This document shows, piece by piece, positions 27,102-39,184 of a DNA stretch of 64,000 nt (positions are counted from its first letter, which is position 1; every line of letters starts with the position of its first letter). Source of the stretch: Eledone cirrhosa (taxonomy: Eukaryota); the NCBI GenBank assembly GCA_964016885.1, contig OZ024752.1:13144001-13208000 (forward strand), in the 5' to 3' direction. The position numbers were made by a program, and so were the translations under genes. The notes under the pieces were generated by a model. The model was given only the letters and a program-made list of their open reading frames with translations. It had not been told where the DNA came from and made no database searches.

Positions 27102-27663
27102 CTGCCAGAACAAAAATGATTTCTTTATCATAATCATAGCAACAAAAATAAATAGACAGGGGAAGAATCTTGGGAGGCATGTGTGTGTGTATTTGTCTGT
27201 TTATATCATCAACATCGTCACCATTTTACATCCATTTTTCCATGCTAGCATGGGTTAGTCGAGTTGTCCTGCTGTGAGATAATCCAGGCCAGGTGAACAT
27301 GTCTTGCTCATACAGAACTGATTTTGGCTTGGTTTCTACAGTTGGATGCCCTTCCTAATGCCAATCATATTTATAGTGAGTACTGGGTACTTTTTGTTGT
27401 GACACTTACATGACCACTTTACAGTGTGGGCTGGGTGTTTTTTGTTATGACACCAACATGACCTCTTTATTGTGTGGGTTAACAAAATAATTAAAAGTAT
27501 TTAAACAAAAGCTATCTGTGGTTTATGTTTTATTTTGCTTTTTATTGTGACACCTACATGAACACTTAACAGTATGTGCTGGGAGCTTTTTGTTGTGACA
27601 CTTACATGACTACTTTACAGTGTGGGCTGGGTGTTTTTTGTTATGACACCTACACGAGCACTT

Positions 27664-28262
27664 TAATAATAATGAAAATATTGTGTACAGTGCTCAGATG
27701 CACTACAACACATCAAAAGTGTATGTATAGTACATAGGGTAATGTACAAACATCAGGAAAATGAACAGTGCATGAGTCATGATATACACATGTGTGCATG
27801 TGTATGGAAGGGGGACATCAGGTGTAGTTTTGGCAAATTTCGGGAAGCATGAGGGTTTTAAAGGATGCAGTGTCTCAGCAGCTAACAACTGATGCAGGCA
27901 GTTTGTTCCATGCTTCAGCAACTCTAAGCGTGAAAAAATGTTTCTGAAAGTCATGGGAGCTGTGCTGTTTTCTGACTTTGTAGGCATGTCCACGTGTGTT
28001 AGACACATGGAGATCAAAAAGGTGCTCAGGGTTGCAATTGGCGAGATGGTTAATAACTTTGTGGGTGTTTACCAAGTCCATTGCCAGACGTCGGAGCTTC
28101 AATGAATCCGTGCCCAGGGAAGAAAGGCGTTCAGAGTATGGTAGGTATCTGATGGAGGGTATTCGCTTGGTTGCACATCACTGAACAGTTTCCAGGAGGT
28201 CAATGTTCTGAGCAAGATAGGGGTTCCAGACTGATGATGCGAATTCCAAGTGTGGTCGTACA
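27664..28262 (-). mobile_element. CR1/L2-like LINE 3' fragment
   Basis: ORF 27875..28102: LRR...DL....K.......TRGH..K......FF..RV...WN.LP; (ATT)n tail. Confidence 0.75.
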
Positions 28263-28907
28263 GTGTGTGCTGGCTGTTTTTGTTATGACACCTACATGAC
28301 CACTTTACAGTGTGTGCTGGGTGCTTTTTGCCATGTCGCCATCACAACCACCTTACAGTGTGGGTTGGGCACTTTTTGTCATGTCGCCATTACAACTACT
28401 TTACAGAGTAGGCTGTGGGCTTCACTAGATGTATGCGTCAGCCTGTCCTCATGGGAGATGTATGGGGGGTGGAGGGGTGGTATATACTATATATATGCTT
28501 CAGCTTTAGCCTGTGCCCATGGGAAGTCGGGTCTTCTGTAGTACTGCATAACACCAGAGATCTCAGTCCTGTGTCATCGTCTTTGAGAGGTTCAATTTGG
28601 CAAGGTTTGCTTTTATCACCTCATCCCAAGTCTTCCTACCGTATATATATATATATATCATCATCATTGTTTAACATCTATCTTCCATGCTAGCATGGGT
28701 TTAGACATGAAATGTCCCACGTGAGGCAAGATTGGTTGTCTTGCTCGTATAGGACTGTCTGGCGGGTTTTTAACGGCTGACAGTCCTAACACCAACCACA
28801 TTTACAGTGTTGACTGGGAGGTTTTTACCGTGTTACCCACATGGCCACATTACAGCGTGAACTGTGTGTTTTTTTGTCGTGACACCTACATGACCTCATC
28901 TATTTAG

Positions 28908-28953
<46 letters not shown>

Positions 28954-29498
28954 GGGAAAGAATGAAACGAAATTTCATTTCTCACTCTTAGTACGGCTGA
29001 TACGTATACATACTTATATACATAGTTATATATATTATTACTTTATATATACATATACACACGTGAAGGCGCATGGCTTAGTGGTTAGAGCATTGGGCTT
29101 GCAATCGAAAGGTTGTGAGTTCAGTTCTCAGACCGGGTGATGTGTTGTTTCCTTGAGCAAGACACTTTATTTCACATTGCTCCAGTTTACTCAGCTGTAG
29201 AAATGAGGTGATAGGGACTGGGGTCCCTATCATTCCACTGCAAAGTCGTCGTGGAGGTGCCACGGCAAAAAAAAAGCACCCAGCCCACACTGTAAAGTGG
29301 ACATGTAGGCACCACGGAAAAAAAGCGCCTAGCACTCACTGTAAATGAGGTTGGTGTTAGGAAGGGCATTCAGCTGTAGAAATTAAGCCGGAATCAGTTC
29401 CCGTATGAGCAAGGCATGGTCAGCCGACCGGACACTGACCACAACAGAACAACTCATCTAACCCATGCTAGCGTGGAAGAAGGGATGTAAAATGGTGA

Positions 29499-29545
<47 letters not shown>

Positions 29546-29904
29546 TGCAGTAAACAACACAATTTAATTATTCCATTACCCAAGGTTTCACCAAGTTAGA
29601 TGATACTAACAGAAACGGCTGTTATTTGGATATCCAAATAAAGATTCATTCTGGTGAACGATATCAGACATTTCTATTAGATCATCTAACTTTGTGAAAC
29701 CTTGGATAATGGAATAATTATATTGTGTTTTTATTACATAATTAAATAGCTCTGTACTATACATAGAGCACTCTTCTTTCCTTTACCTTTCCTACGGAAA
29801 TACTTAACATATATATATATGTAGTGGTTGTGTGTGTATAATGGTGAAATATTGATAAGGCATGTCTATGCCAGAAAAATGAACAAGTAGGTGAATGGAT
29901 TCAT

Positions 29905-30577
29905 CATCATCATCATCATTTTACGTCCGCTTTTCCCTGCTTGCAAGGGTGGGACGGGTCTTATTCAGCACAGCATCTCTCCACTCGTCACGGTCCCTCG
30001 TCATCTCCACCGTGAGCTTCAATGATCTGAGGTCTGTTCTCACCACCTCCGCCCATGTTTTTCGTGGTCTACCTCTACCATGTCTTCCTTCAACTGGCAA
30101 TTCCTGGCACTTCTTCACCCATCGGTCATCCTCCATGCGCATCACATGTCCATACCACCTCAGTCTCCTCTCCCGTACACTACATTCTATCCCTCTCAGA
30201 CACAGTTTCTCTCTCAACACATTTATGCTGGGTCGTTCACGCACATTTACACCACACATCCAACGGAGCATGCTTGCCTCATTTCTCTCCAGCCGTCGCA
30301 TATCCTCTGCAGTTGCTGCCCATGTCTCACTACCATGCAGCATCGCGCTCCTCACACAGGCATCATACAACCGGCCTTTCGTACGCAGGGAGAAACCCTT
30401 CTTCGTCAACAGAGGAAGCAGCTCCCTAAACTTCTTCCAACCCGTCCTTATTCTAGATACTATGGCCTCGGAACACCCTCCTCCCCTGCTAATCTGATCT
30501 CCTAGGTACCGGAAGCTATCAACCACTTCTATAGCGCCCTCTTGCATTTGAAAAATGTGTCTATCAGTGCGACTTCT
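29905..30577 (-). mobile_element. 5'-truncated RTE-clade LINE inserted in the Gypsy 3' LTR
   Basis: Intact ORF 29921..30583 (FRYLG, LHGSETW, LRWYGHV, GRPRKTW); (TGA)n tail; TSD ATTCAT at 29899-29904 and 30578-30583. Confidence 0.92.
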
Positions 30578-30648
30578 ATTCATTATAAAAATAATTTATT
30601 TCACTGGAACTTAATTTGTGGTTATGTACACATCATGCTTTACTACAT

Positions 30649-31664
30649 ACGAGTATGTCGTCTATGTAGGCATAGACGAAAGGTAAACCTCTGGTAACCA
30701 TGTCTATAAACCTTTGGAATGTCTGTGCTGCGTTGCGTAAACCGAAAGGCATATGCAGGAATTCAAACATTCCGAAAGGTGTAGTGAGTGCTATCTTCTG
30801 GATGTCCGCAGGTTCCACTGGGATTTGGTTGTATGCTCGCACAAGGTCGATCTTGGAAAAAATGCGAGCTCCATGCAGCGAGCTAGAAAAATCCTGCAGA
30901 TAAGGGACTGGATAAGCATCGCTGACAGTGCTTTTATTCAGCGATCGATAATCACCGCAAACTCGCCAATCGGTCGATGATTTTTTGGGGACGCAGTGTA
31001 TCGGCGAGGACCAGTTGCTGCTGGACGGACGGATAATTCCAAGGTCGAGCATGTGCTGGAATTCCCGCTTGACGGCCTTTAAACGATCAGGTGGTAACCT
31101 TCTGGGTCTCGCAGCCACAGGTGGACCGCTGGTTTTGATGTGGTGGGTGATTTCGTGCTTGATCGGCTGGTTATGGAATAATGGTCGAGCGACGTCCGGA
31201 TATTATTTCAGGATAGCACTGTGAGGAGTCATCGTTGTGAGCATAACAGTTGGGCTTACTGCGGCCATACGAGCGGCTATACCGCGCACCGTAAGCCGTG
31301 TGGTGCTGTCGACCAGTCGTCTATTTTTAATGTCTACCAGGAGACCGAAATGATGCAGGAAATCGGCTCCTAAGATAGGGGTCGGCAGTTTAGCAATGAT
31401 AAATACCCACTGAAAGGTGCGGCATAGTCCTAAGTTCAGTGTTAGGGACTGTTCACCGTAGGTTGGAATGGGTGAGTGGTTAACTGCCTGAAGACAAACT
31501 GGTGACTTTTTCCTTTTTCTTGAAGTGCTGGAAATAGGGATGATGCTGACTTCGGCGCCGGTGTCAACCAGGAAACGTGTGCCTGTTACCCGATCGCAAA
31601 CGAAAAACAGGCGACTTTGTGGGTGCGAGCCAGGAACTTCCGTCGCGTTAAATTCCTGGCTGTG
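30649..31664 (-). pseudogene. pol: Gypsy pol remnant (protease plus RT N-half) with an in-frame stop, truncated after YIDD
   Basis: In the -1 frame relative to gag: RFLVDTGAEVS, ILGADFL, TAA near 31204, then RVCGDYR, KIDL..AY.QI, PFGL.NA..TFQ, YIDD. Confidence 0.88.
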
Positions 31665-32530
31665 TCATTTCCCGGACTGGATGCTGAAAACGAGCACGGG
31701 ATGGTGCATTTTTGCGCCCGTTTTCCGAACTTTCGGTGGTACCAACACGTGTCCTGTGAGTTGTGGGTAGCACTGGGGCTTCGGGACCGTCTTCCATCTT
31801 GACGCGATCGGTTGCTGCTTCGGCGCTGGGTACCAAGCAATAGAGCCTGTATTTGTGTTGTGAGGGCCTGTATCTGCGCTGCTTGCTGCGTCATTAATGA
31901 ACGCAAGTCTGAAATTTCTGAAGAACTGGTCGCTGAAATGAAAGGATTGGTAATGGGAGCGGCTGGCGTCACCTTCGATACTGTTGCATATCTGTGTGGT
32001 ACGTCTGCTATTTTGTCCGCTAGCTCCGCCAGTTCCTCAATGGATGTGGATTCCCGTGTGGCAACGAGGACCACTTGCGTGTTGGAGGGCAGACGCTGGA
32101 GAAAGAGCTGCTTGAATATTTTGTCGGGTAGGCTTTCATCTCCAAGAAGCTGCTTAATTCTACGCAGAAGCTGAGAAGGCGTTTTATCACCCAATTCTTC
32201 CGATATCAGAAGCTGGTGAAGTCGCTTTTGTTGGGACTCGGAAGTTCTGTTGATGAGTGTCGTCTTAAAAATGTTGTACAACACAGAACCGGGTGGTGCC
32301 ATAATGAGATCGCGGACGACGTTCTTGATCTCTGGCGATAGGGAACCGATGACATATGACAGTCGAGACGCATCGCTGTTTACTCGGTTAGAAGAAAACT
32401 GGGCCTCTATATGGTAAAACCATAATGCAGGGTCGTGTGTCCAGAATGGGGGAATTCTCAAAGTAACCGCCACTTGGAATGCCATGTCGATAGATGTGTT
32501 CGCCGCTGGATTCTGTTCTGGGAGAGCCAT
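31586..32530 (-). CDS. gag: Gypsy (CsRn1-like) Gag, 314-aa open frame
   Basis: ORF track; PPFWTHDPALWF..IEAQF, LGDKTPSQLLRR, CWYHRKFG..A.KC..PC. Confidence 0.88.
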   Translation of the reverse strand: MALPEQNPAANTSIDMAFQVAVTLRIPPFWTHDPALWFYHIEAQFSSNRVNSDASRLSYVIGSLSPEIKNVVRDLIMAPPGSVLYNIFKTTLINRTSESQQKRLHQLLISEELGDKTPSQLLRRIKQLLGDESLPDKIFKQLFLQRLPSNTQVVLVATRESTSIEELAELADKIADVPHRYATVSKVTPAAPITNPFISATSSSEISDLRSLMTQQAAQIQALTTQIQALLLGTQRRSSNRSRQDGRRSRSPSATHNSQDTCWYHRKFGKRAQKCTIPCSFSASSPGNDTARNLTRRKFLARTHKVACFSFAIG

Positions 32531-33203
32531 TGTGTTCGCGGAATTCTCAGTTCTGTTTCTGTTTCCAAATGCAGTTCGGTTGGTGAAGCTGGTTCAAAGG
32601 AAGACTGCAATTCATTTACGGGGTCACCAAATGTGGTGGTTGTGTGTGTATAATGGTGAAATATTGATAAGGCATGTCTATGCCGGAAAAATGAACAAGT
32701 AGGTGAATGGATTCATTATAAAAATAATTTATTTCACTGGAACTTAATTTGTGGTTATGTACACATCATGCTTTACTACATACAAAAATGTTACTGTTGA
32801 CAACTGCTACGAGCTGTTAGAAAATAGAACCAGGATACATTTCTGGAACTGGTGTGTTAGAATGAATATGTTTGTGTGGGTGTGTGTGTAGTTCATCTGA
32901 CACAGTAGGTCTCTCTGTGTGGTGTCAGACCAGCTTTCTGTTTTTGGGTTTCCCTTGACTCTCATATATATAATGTTGCGGTGGCTAGAATGATAGGCAT
33001 ACCGCAACAGAGTTTCTACGTCCTTCGGTCAATTTGACTTTGGCTTGACCTAGCTGAGGTCGTAGGTCAAAGGGAGGCGATCAATCACTTTTTGACAGGA
33101 CAAAGAAAAAACCTTTCTTTGGGGCCTGTCGTCGTGATTTTGAACAGCGAGAATTCTTAGATTCGGTTTCGAATCTAGGCTTGGAGAAGGAAGTGTTATT
33201 TGT

Positions 33204-33240
<37 letters not shown>

Positions 33241-33567
33241 TCATCATCATTTTACACCCACTTTTCCCTGCTTGCAAGGGTGGGATGGGTCCTATTCAGC
33301 ATAGCATATGTCCATTTGTCACGGTCCTTTTTCATCTACTCCGTGAGTTTCAGCAATCTGAGGTCTGCTCTCACCACCTCCGCCATGTTTTTCGAGGCCT
33401 TCCTCTACTTTATTATATATATATATCTTTATTTAGCTATTGCTCGCACCAACTGGTGGTATAGGATTTTTAAAGCGATGAAATACCAATGATGGTTGGA
33501 AAATCACTGATGAAGGACTCATTTTATTCATATGTAACCCATGTACAACCACGAAGCACTCCATTCT

Positions 33568-33615
<48 letters not shown>

Positions 33616-33795
33616 AAGAAGGTGTGGTAAGATACCAGGTGGACCATAACACACCAGAGTACTCAATACTTAGGGTAGTAAAATGGGTAATAGGAAAAGA
33701 GTCAGGACCCTGGCCATTCCGACAGCTAGATCAGAATGTGTTCGGATCTAGCTGTTCCAATGGCCAGAGCTCAGCCATCGGGGTCCTGACTCTTT

Positions 33796-33837
<42 letters not shown>

Positions 33838-34364
33838 CTTTATCATTAACATTAATATAAAAAACAAACAACAATTATAAAATTTGAGGCCCTTCTCTAA
33901 AAATATATATAGCTTAGGGCCTCAGCAGGTGAAAGTCCTGCTGTGCATGTGATCATAGCTAGTCACCTCAATCTTGTTATATGTTGTTGTTAGTATAACT
34001 GATATATATACACATATGGTATAGTTCCTTAATTCCTGATGGAGTCATAAGGGAACTGTATTGACATACAGCATTTTTGGAGGATTTTAAACCTGGCAGA
34101 GTCCATCTCCTCTCCAGGTCTGAATACAGCAGATTTCTTCCAGAGAACGATAGAAAGTGAGAGAGAGAGGAAATGAGAAAGAAATATACAGGAAGAATAG
34201 ACCCTAGTACAGGACTGGTACTTTTTTTATCAACCTCGAATGGAGGAAAGGTTAAGTTGACCTTGACTTAATTTAAACTCAGAGAACAGAGAGTTGGAAC
34301 ACCACGGAACATTCTATCTGACATTCTAATGACATCCAATTCGCCGCCTTATACCACCACCACC

Positions 34365-35725
34365 ACGCAGTTGCTGCACATGTCTCACTACCGTGCAGCA
34401 TCACACATCTCACACAGGCATCATATAACCGGCCTTTCATTCGTAGGGAGAAACCCTTAATTGTCAACAGAGGAAGCAGCTACCTAAACTTCTTCCAACC
34501 TGTCCTTATTCTAGATACTATGGCCTCAGAGCACCCCCCCCCCCTCCCATGCTAATCTGATCACCTAGGTACCGGAAGCTATCAACCACTTCTATAGATC
34601 ATACCTGCATTTGAAAAATATCTATCACTGTCACTTCTACTGTCAAATTTCCCTGAACATCTACTGCATATGTAGTTTTCCCTACTTATAAATTTGCCCG
34701 CTATCCCACTACACCTCTTGTGTACCGAAGATCTGCATTGTGTACATTCTATAGAATTTATGCCAACTCCTTTTCTACATAGAGAACATGGCCATTTCCC
34801 TGATAGAATCAGAGTTTTGCTCTCTCTTCTACTTATCAACGCTTTAGTCTTTGCTAGGTTCATTCTCAGTCCTCTTGATTCCAACTGCTGTTTCCATAGC
34901 CAGAATTTATTCTCTACTGATTCTGCTATAAGTACCAGATCGTCAGCATAGAGAAGTTGCCATGGGCAACCAGTGAAAGGTATTTTAGCTTCCAGACCAT
35001 CCTTTTCCACACCTTCCTGTGTGTGTCTTGCTTATTGACATGTCACTAACGACTACCCTATGTTGGGATGTACATTCTTCCCGGGGTATGCCTTAGTATT
35101 TGAAACCATCTGTCTGTCCCGCTGCCTAACTAGCAAGAAATCAATCTGACTTATGTGCTCGCCTGATTTATAGGTTATTAGGTGGTTAGTAGGTTTCTTG
35201 AAGTTAGTGTAGCAAATGATTAGTTCACTTGCATCACAAAATTCAAGAAGCCTCACTCCTTCTTCATTTCTTGAGCCGTAACCGTGCCCACCATGTACCC
35301 CAGTGTATCATTCCTGGAGCTGTCCAACATGACCATTGAAGTCCCCTGCTAGCATACCGATGTCTCCGTCCTCTGTCATTGAGGCTGTTTGTTAAAGTTG
35401 CTCGTAAAAGCAGTCTTTCTCTTCTTTACCTAGGCCTGCCTGGGCAGCATAGGCAGAGATGATTGTCAGTAGTCTCTTGCCTACAACTCATCTAAGCTTA
35501 ATTATTCTATTACTAACTCAAACTACCTCTATTGTCTTATCGATCTATCTCTCAGCCAGTAAAATGCCTACTCCACCTACCCCATCATCATTACCCACAC
35601 AGAAAAGCTTATAGCTAAGATGTTTGCCTGCGATTAGTCTTGCAGAGGCACCTCTCCAACTCACCTCTTGTATGCATCTACATGCCTTCTCTCCAGCATC
35701 TCCACTATCTCACCAGATCTACCTC
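34365..35725 (-). mobile_element. degenerate RTE LINE (APE endonuclease plus RT fragments, internal deletion)
   Basis: SQIDFLL (35053..35256), LLYADDLVL and C..C..HKRC (34582..35010), HGSET (34279..34467). A matching 3' piece lies at 33240-33410. Confidence 0.85.
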
Positions 35726-36396
35726 GTGTGTGTGCGTGTGTGTGTGTGTGCGCGTGCATGTGTGTGTGTATAAAAGTATAGGAAAAACAAACACTAGGTG
35801 TGAAGTATAGAAAACATGTAAAGAATTTTATCAAAACTTTGGATAAAATTCTTCACTTCGTTTCTATACATCACATCTCCTGTTTGTTTTTCCTATACAT
35901 TTAAAATATTATTACTCCGAGATCTTCCACCTGGATGCTATAATCTGATCCCCCTTATTGGAATATTACTGTAACCTACAAGGACCATCTTGAGAAAAAT
36001 ACTTTGGTAAGCAATATTACTTGTTTCATTTTTGTTTATACACTGATCTGCACAAACAAATTATTCATACATATATTCACACACACACATATATATATAT
36101 CATCATCATCGATTAATGTCCATCTTCCACGCTAGCATGGGTTAGACGGGTCCCATTTAGAGGCAATTTGGGTTCGGTGACTGTGTCTCGATTAGTTTTC
36201 TATGTCTGGATGCCCTTCCTAATGCCAACCACATTGACAGTATGTCTAGGGCAAAAAACAAAATTCTAATTTTATTTTTGATATTCGGCAAGGTCTGCTG
36301 TAACTCACTCAGTATGCAAATGAGGCTACTCAGCCAATGTGTACTTAAGAAAATACTATATATTTTCAACTGTTCAACAGATTAGCAGAGAGGTAT

Positions 36397-36439
36397 ACAG
36401 TCCTGGTGAAGGGTAATGACCCAGAAACATGTTGATTGT
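36397..36439 (+). ncRNA. hammerhead-like motif with one core substitution (CTGGTGA)
   Basis: acagtc-CTGGTGA-a-GGGT/ACCC-a-GAAA-CATG-TT-gattgt. Confidence 0.55.
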
Positions 36440-37149
36440 TCTTCAAGGCCGTTTGTTTACAAATGAATCGAATCTTATTATTAATGTTTGATATATGGAG
36501 GCACATGGCTTAGTGGTTAGAGCATTGGCCTTGCAATTGAAAGGTTGTGAGTTCAATTCTCAGACTGGGTGATGTGTTGTTTCCTTGAGCAAGACACTTT
36601 ATTTCACATTGCTCCAGTTTACTCAGCTGTAGAAATGAGATGATAGGGACTGTGGTCCCTATCATTCCACTGCAAAGTGGTCGTGGAGGTGCCACGGCAA
36701 AAAAGCACCCAGCACTCACTGTAAATGAGGTTGATGTTAGGAAGGGCATCCAGCTGTAGAAATCAAGCCAGAATCAATTCCCGTCCCACCCTTGCAAGCA
36801 GGGAAAAGTGGACGTAAAACGAAATGAAATGAAATGATAACCTATATGTACATATGTATAAGTGTGTTTGTGTGTGTGTATGTGTATGTGTGTATGTATG
36901 TACATATGCATACTTACACACACACACACATATATATAATTCATTTTTGAATTTGTTTTGTTATACTTTGGGAGGGTCATGCTGCCAAAGTATAACATCA
37001 TCATCGTTTAGCGTCCATCTTCCACACTAGCATGGATTACACGGTTTTGTTCCATTTGATGCGGAATTTGTCAGGAGACCGTGTCTCACTCGTACAGAAC
37101 TGACTGGCAGGTTTTCTATGACTGGATGCCCTTCCTAACACCAACCACC

Positions 37150-37520
37150 TATATAGTGTGGACTGGGAGCCTTTTTGTTGTGTCACCTACATGACCACTT
37201 TACAGTGTGGACTGAGTGCTTTATGTTGTCACCTACACAACCACTTTACAGTGTGGACTGGGTGCTCTTTGTTGTGTCACCTACACGACCACTTTACAGT
37301 GTGGACTGAGTGCTTTTTGTTGTGTCACCTACATGACCACTTTACAGTGTGGACTGAGTGCTTTTTGTTGTGTCACCTACATGACACTTTACAGTGTGAA
37401 CTGGGTGCTTTTTGTTGTGTCACCTACATGACACTTTACAGTGTGGACTGGGTGCTTTTTGTTGTGTCACCTACACGACCACTTTACAGTGTGGACTGGG
37501 TGCTTTTTGTTGTGTCACCA
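37150..37520. repeat. about 47-bp tandem units (ctttacagtgtggactgggtgctttttgttgtgtcacctacatgacca) in a SINE/RTE 3' region
   Basis: Seen directly; the same motif occurs at lower copy number near 27370-27660 and in SINE tails. Confidence 0.85.
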
Positions 37521-37663
37521 GTACAGTGGATGGAAGCTGGTGGATGGGTTAGGGTGTGTGGGGTGGGGTGTATATATATAATGTTAGGAATGCTCTAATT
37601 TCTTGAGGTTTGTGATGTCTTGCATATTTTCATATTTGTATTAATTCAAAGGGTCTCACTCAC

Positions 37664-37810
37664 CAGAAACGCTGATTTTATACTTTTAAAGGTATATGTC
37701 CTTGATTGCAAACTTTGAAGAAGGTATGAATGTTCAGTATCAAATGATCCATGGGTAGGTGTGTCAAACTCTACCACTGTAGCAGACTCACACAATATAA
37801 GGATCTTATT
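37664..37810 (-). CDS. CFAP44: CFAP44 exon: NKILILCESATVVEFDTP...RTYTFKSIKSAFL
   Basis: Hand-translated, 147 bp, phase 0 to 0; tttgttccAG acceptor, GTGAGT donor. Confidence 0.87.
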
Positions 37811-39184
37811 CTGGAACAAAGAAATAACTTGAGATTATAAAATGTTGCAATGTGTTCATCTTTAGTTCATCTGTAGAACAAATATATATTGTCTATCAGT
37901 GACTCATGTCAGGAGGTCCTCTTGGGTCCCAAATAATAAGTGTGGGGTGGGGTGTGGAGGGTGGAATAAGCTGGGTAGGGTGGTGGAATAAACGAAATTT
38001 GAAGTCAAAATGTAAAGGGTTGTAACTCTATGCTGCAAAGCATGTCTGATACTCCAATATTTCTGACAATCCACTAGACTTTGAGAGACAAATAATAATT
38101 GTTTCTACGTTTGGCACAAGGCCAGCAATTATCCAGTGCATTACTGGTACTTTATTTTATCGACCCCGAAAGAATGAAAGGCAAAGTTAACCTTGGCGGG
38201 ATTTGAACTCAGACCATAAAGAACCGTAACTCTGTACTGCAAAGCATGGCCTCCGATCCTTTACCGATACTGAGGCCAATCCACCGCCCTAGAGATTAAT
38301 AATTGTTTCTACTTTTGGCACAAGGCCAGCAATTACCCAGTGCATTACTGGTATTTTATTTTATCGCCCCCATAAGGATGAAAGGCAAAGTTAACCTCGG
38401 CGGGATTTGAACTCAGAATGGCAAGGGCCGTAACTCTATACGTCAAAGCATAGCGTCCGACCCTCTACCGATACTGCCAATCCACCGCCCTAGAGATTAA
38501 TAATAATGGTTTCTTATATAGGCACAAGGCCAGCAATTTTGGGGGAAGGGACAGTTGATTAAATTGACCCCAGTGCGTGACTGGTACTTTATTTTATCGA
38601 CCCCGTAAGGACGAAAGGTAAAGTTAACCCCGGCGGGATTTGAACTCAGACCATAAAGGGCCGTAACTCTTTGCTGCAAAACATGGCGTTCGACCCTCTA
38701 CCGATACTGCCAATCCACCGAGATTAATAATAATTGTTTCTACTTTTGGCACAAGGCCAGCAATTACCCAGTGCATTACTGGTACTTTATTTTATCGACC
38801 CATAAGGATGAAAGGCAAAGTTAACCTCGGCAGGATTTGAACGCAAACCATTAAGGGGCGTAACTCTTTGTTGCAAAGCATAGCGTCAGACCCTCTACCT
38901 ATACTGCCAATCCACCGCCCTTGGATTAATAATAATAAGAATAAAACATAAACTGCCACCCAGAAGAGTTTAATAAAAAAAAACCAAAAAAAAACCTTGA
39001 ATGTAGGAAAGAAATATGAAATAATCGTAAAATAAAATAGAATCTAAAATTAATATGTCTAACAGGAGCACTAAATGGAAGTTAGGAATATGATTGATGT
39101 AATCAACTCCAGTATTTGACTGGTACTTAACTACTCTCAGGTCCCTAAAATTAGGGTGTTGTGTTACTATTTATGGGTGTGTGT

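Larger units (their letters stand above)
29820..32780 (-). mobile_element. Ty3/Gypsy LTR retrotransposon, CsRn1-like, internally deleted
   Basis: 149-bp TG...CA LTRs (32632-32780; 29820-30648 split by a LINE); PBS TGGTGACCCCG; gag with P.FW..DP..WF and CWYH...C...C; protease FLVDTGA; RT up to YIDD. Confidence 0.92.

Noticed and set aside
29895-30505. + strand ORFs of 124-200 aa
   Set aside because: Antisense shadows of the RTE ORF.
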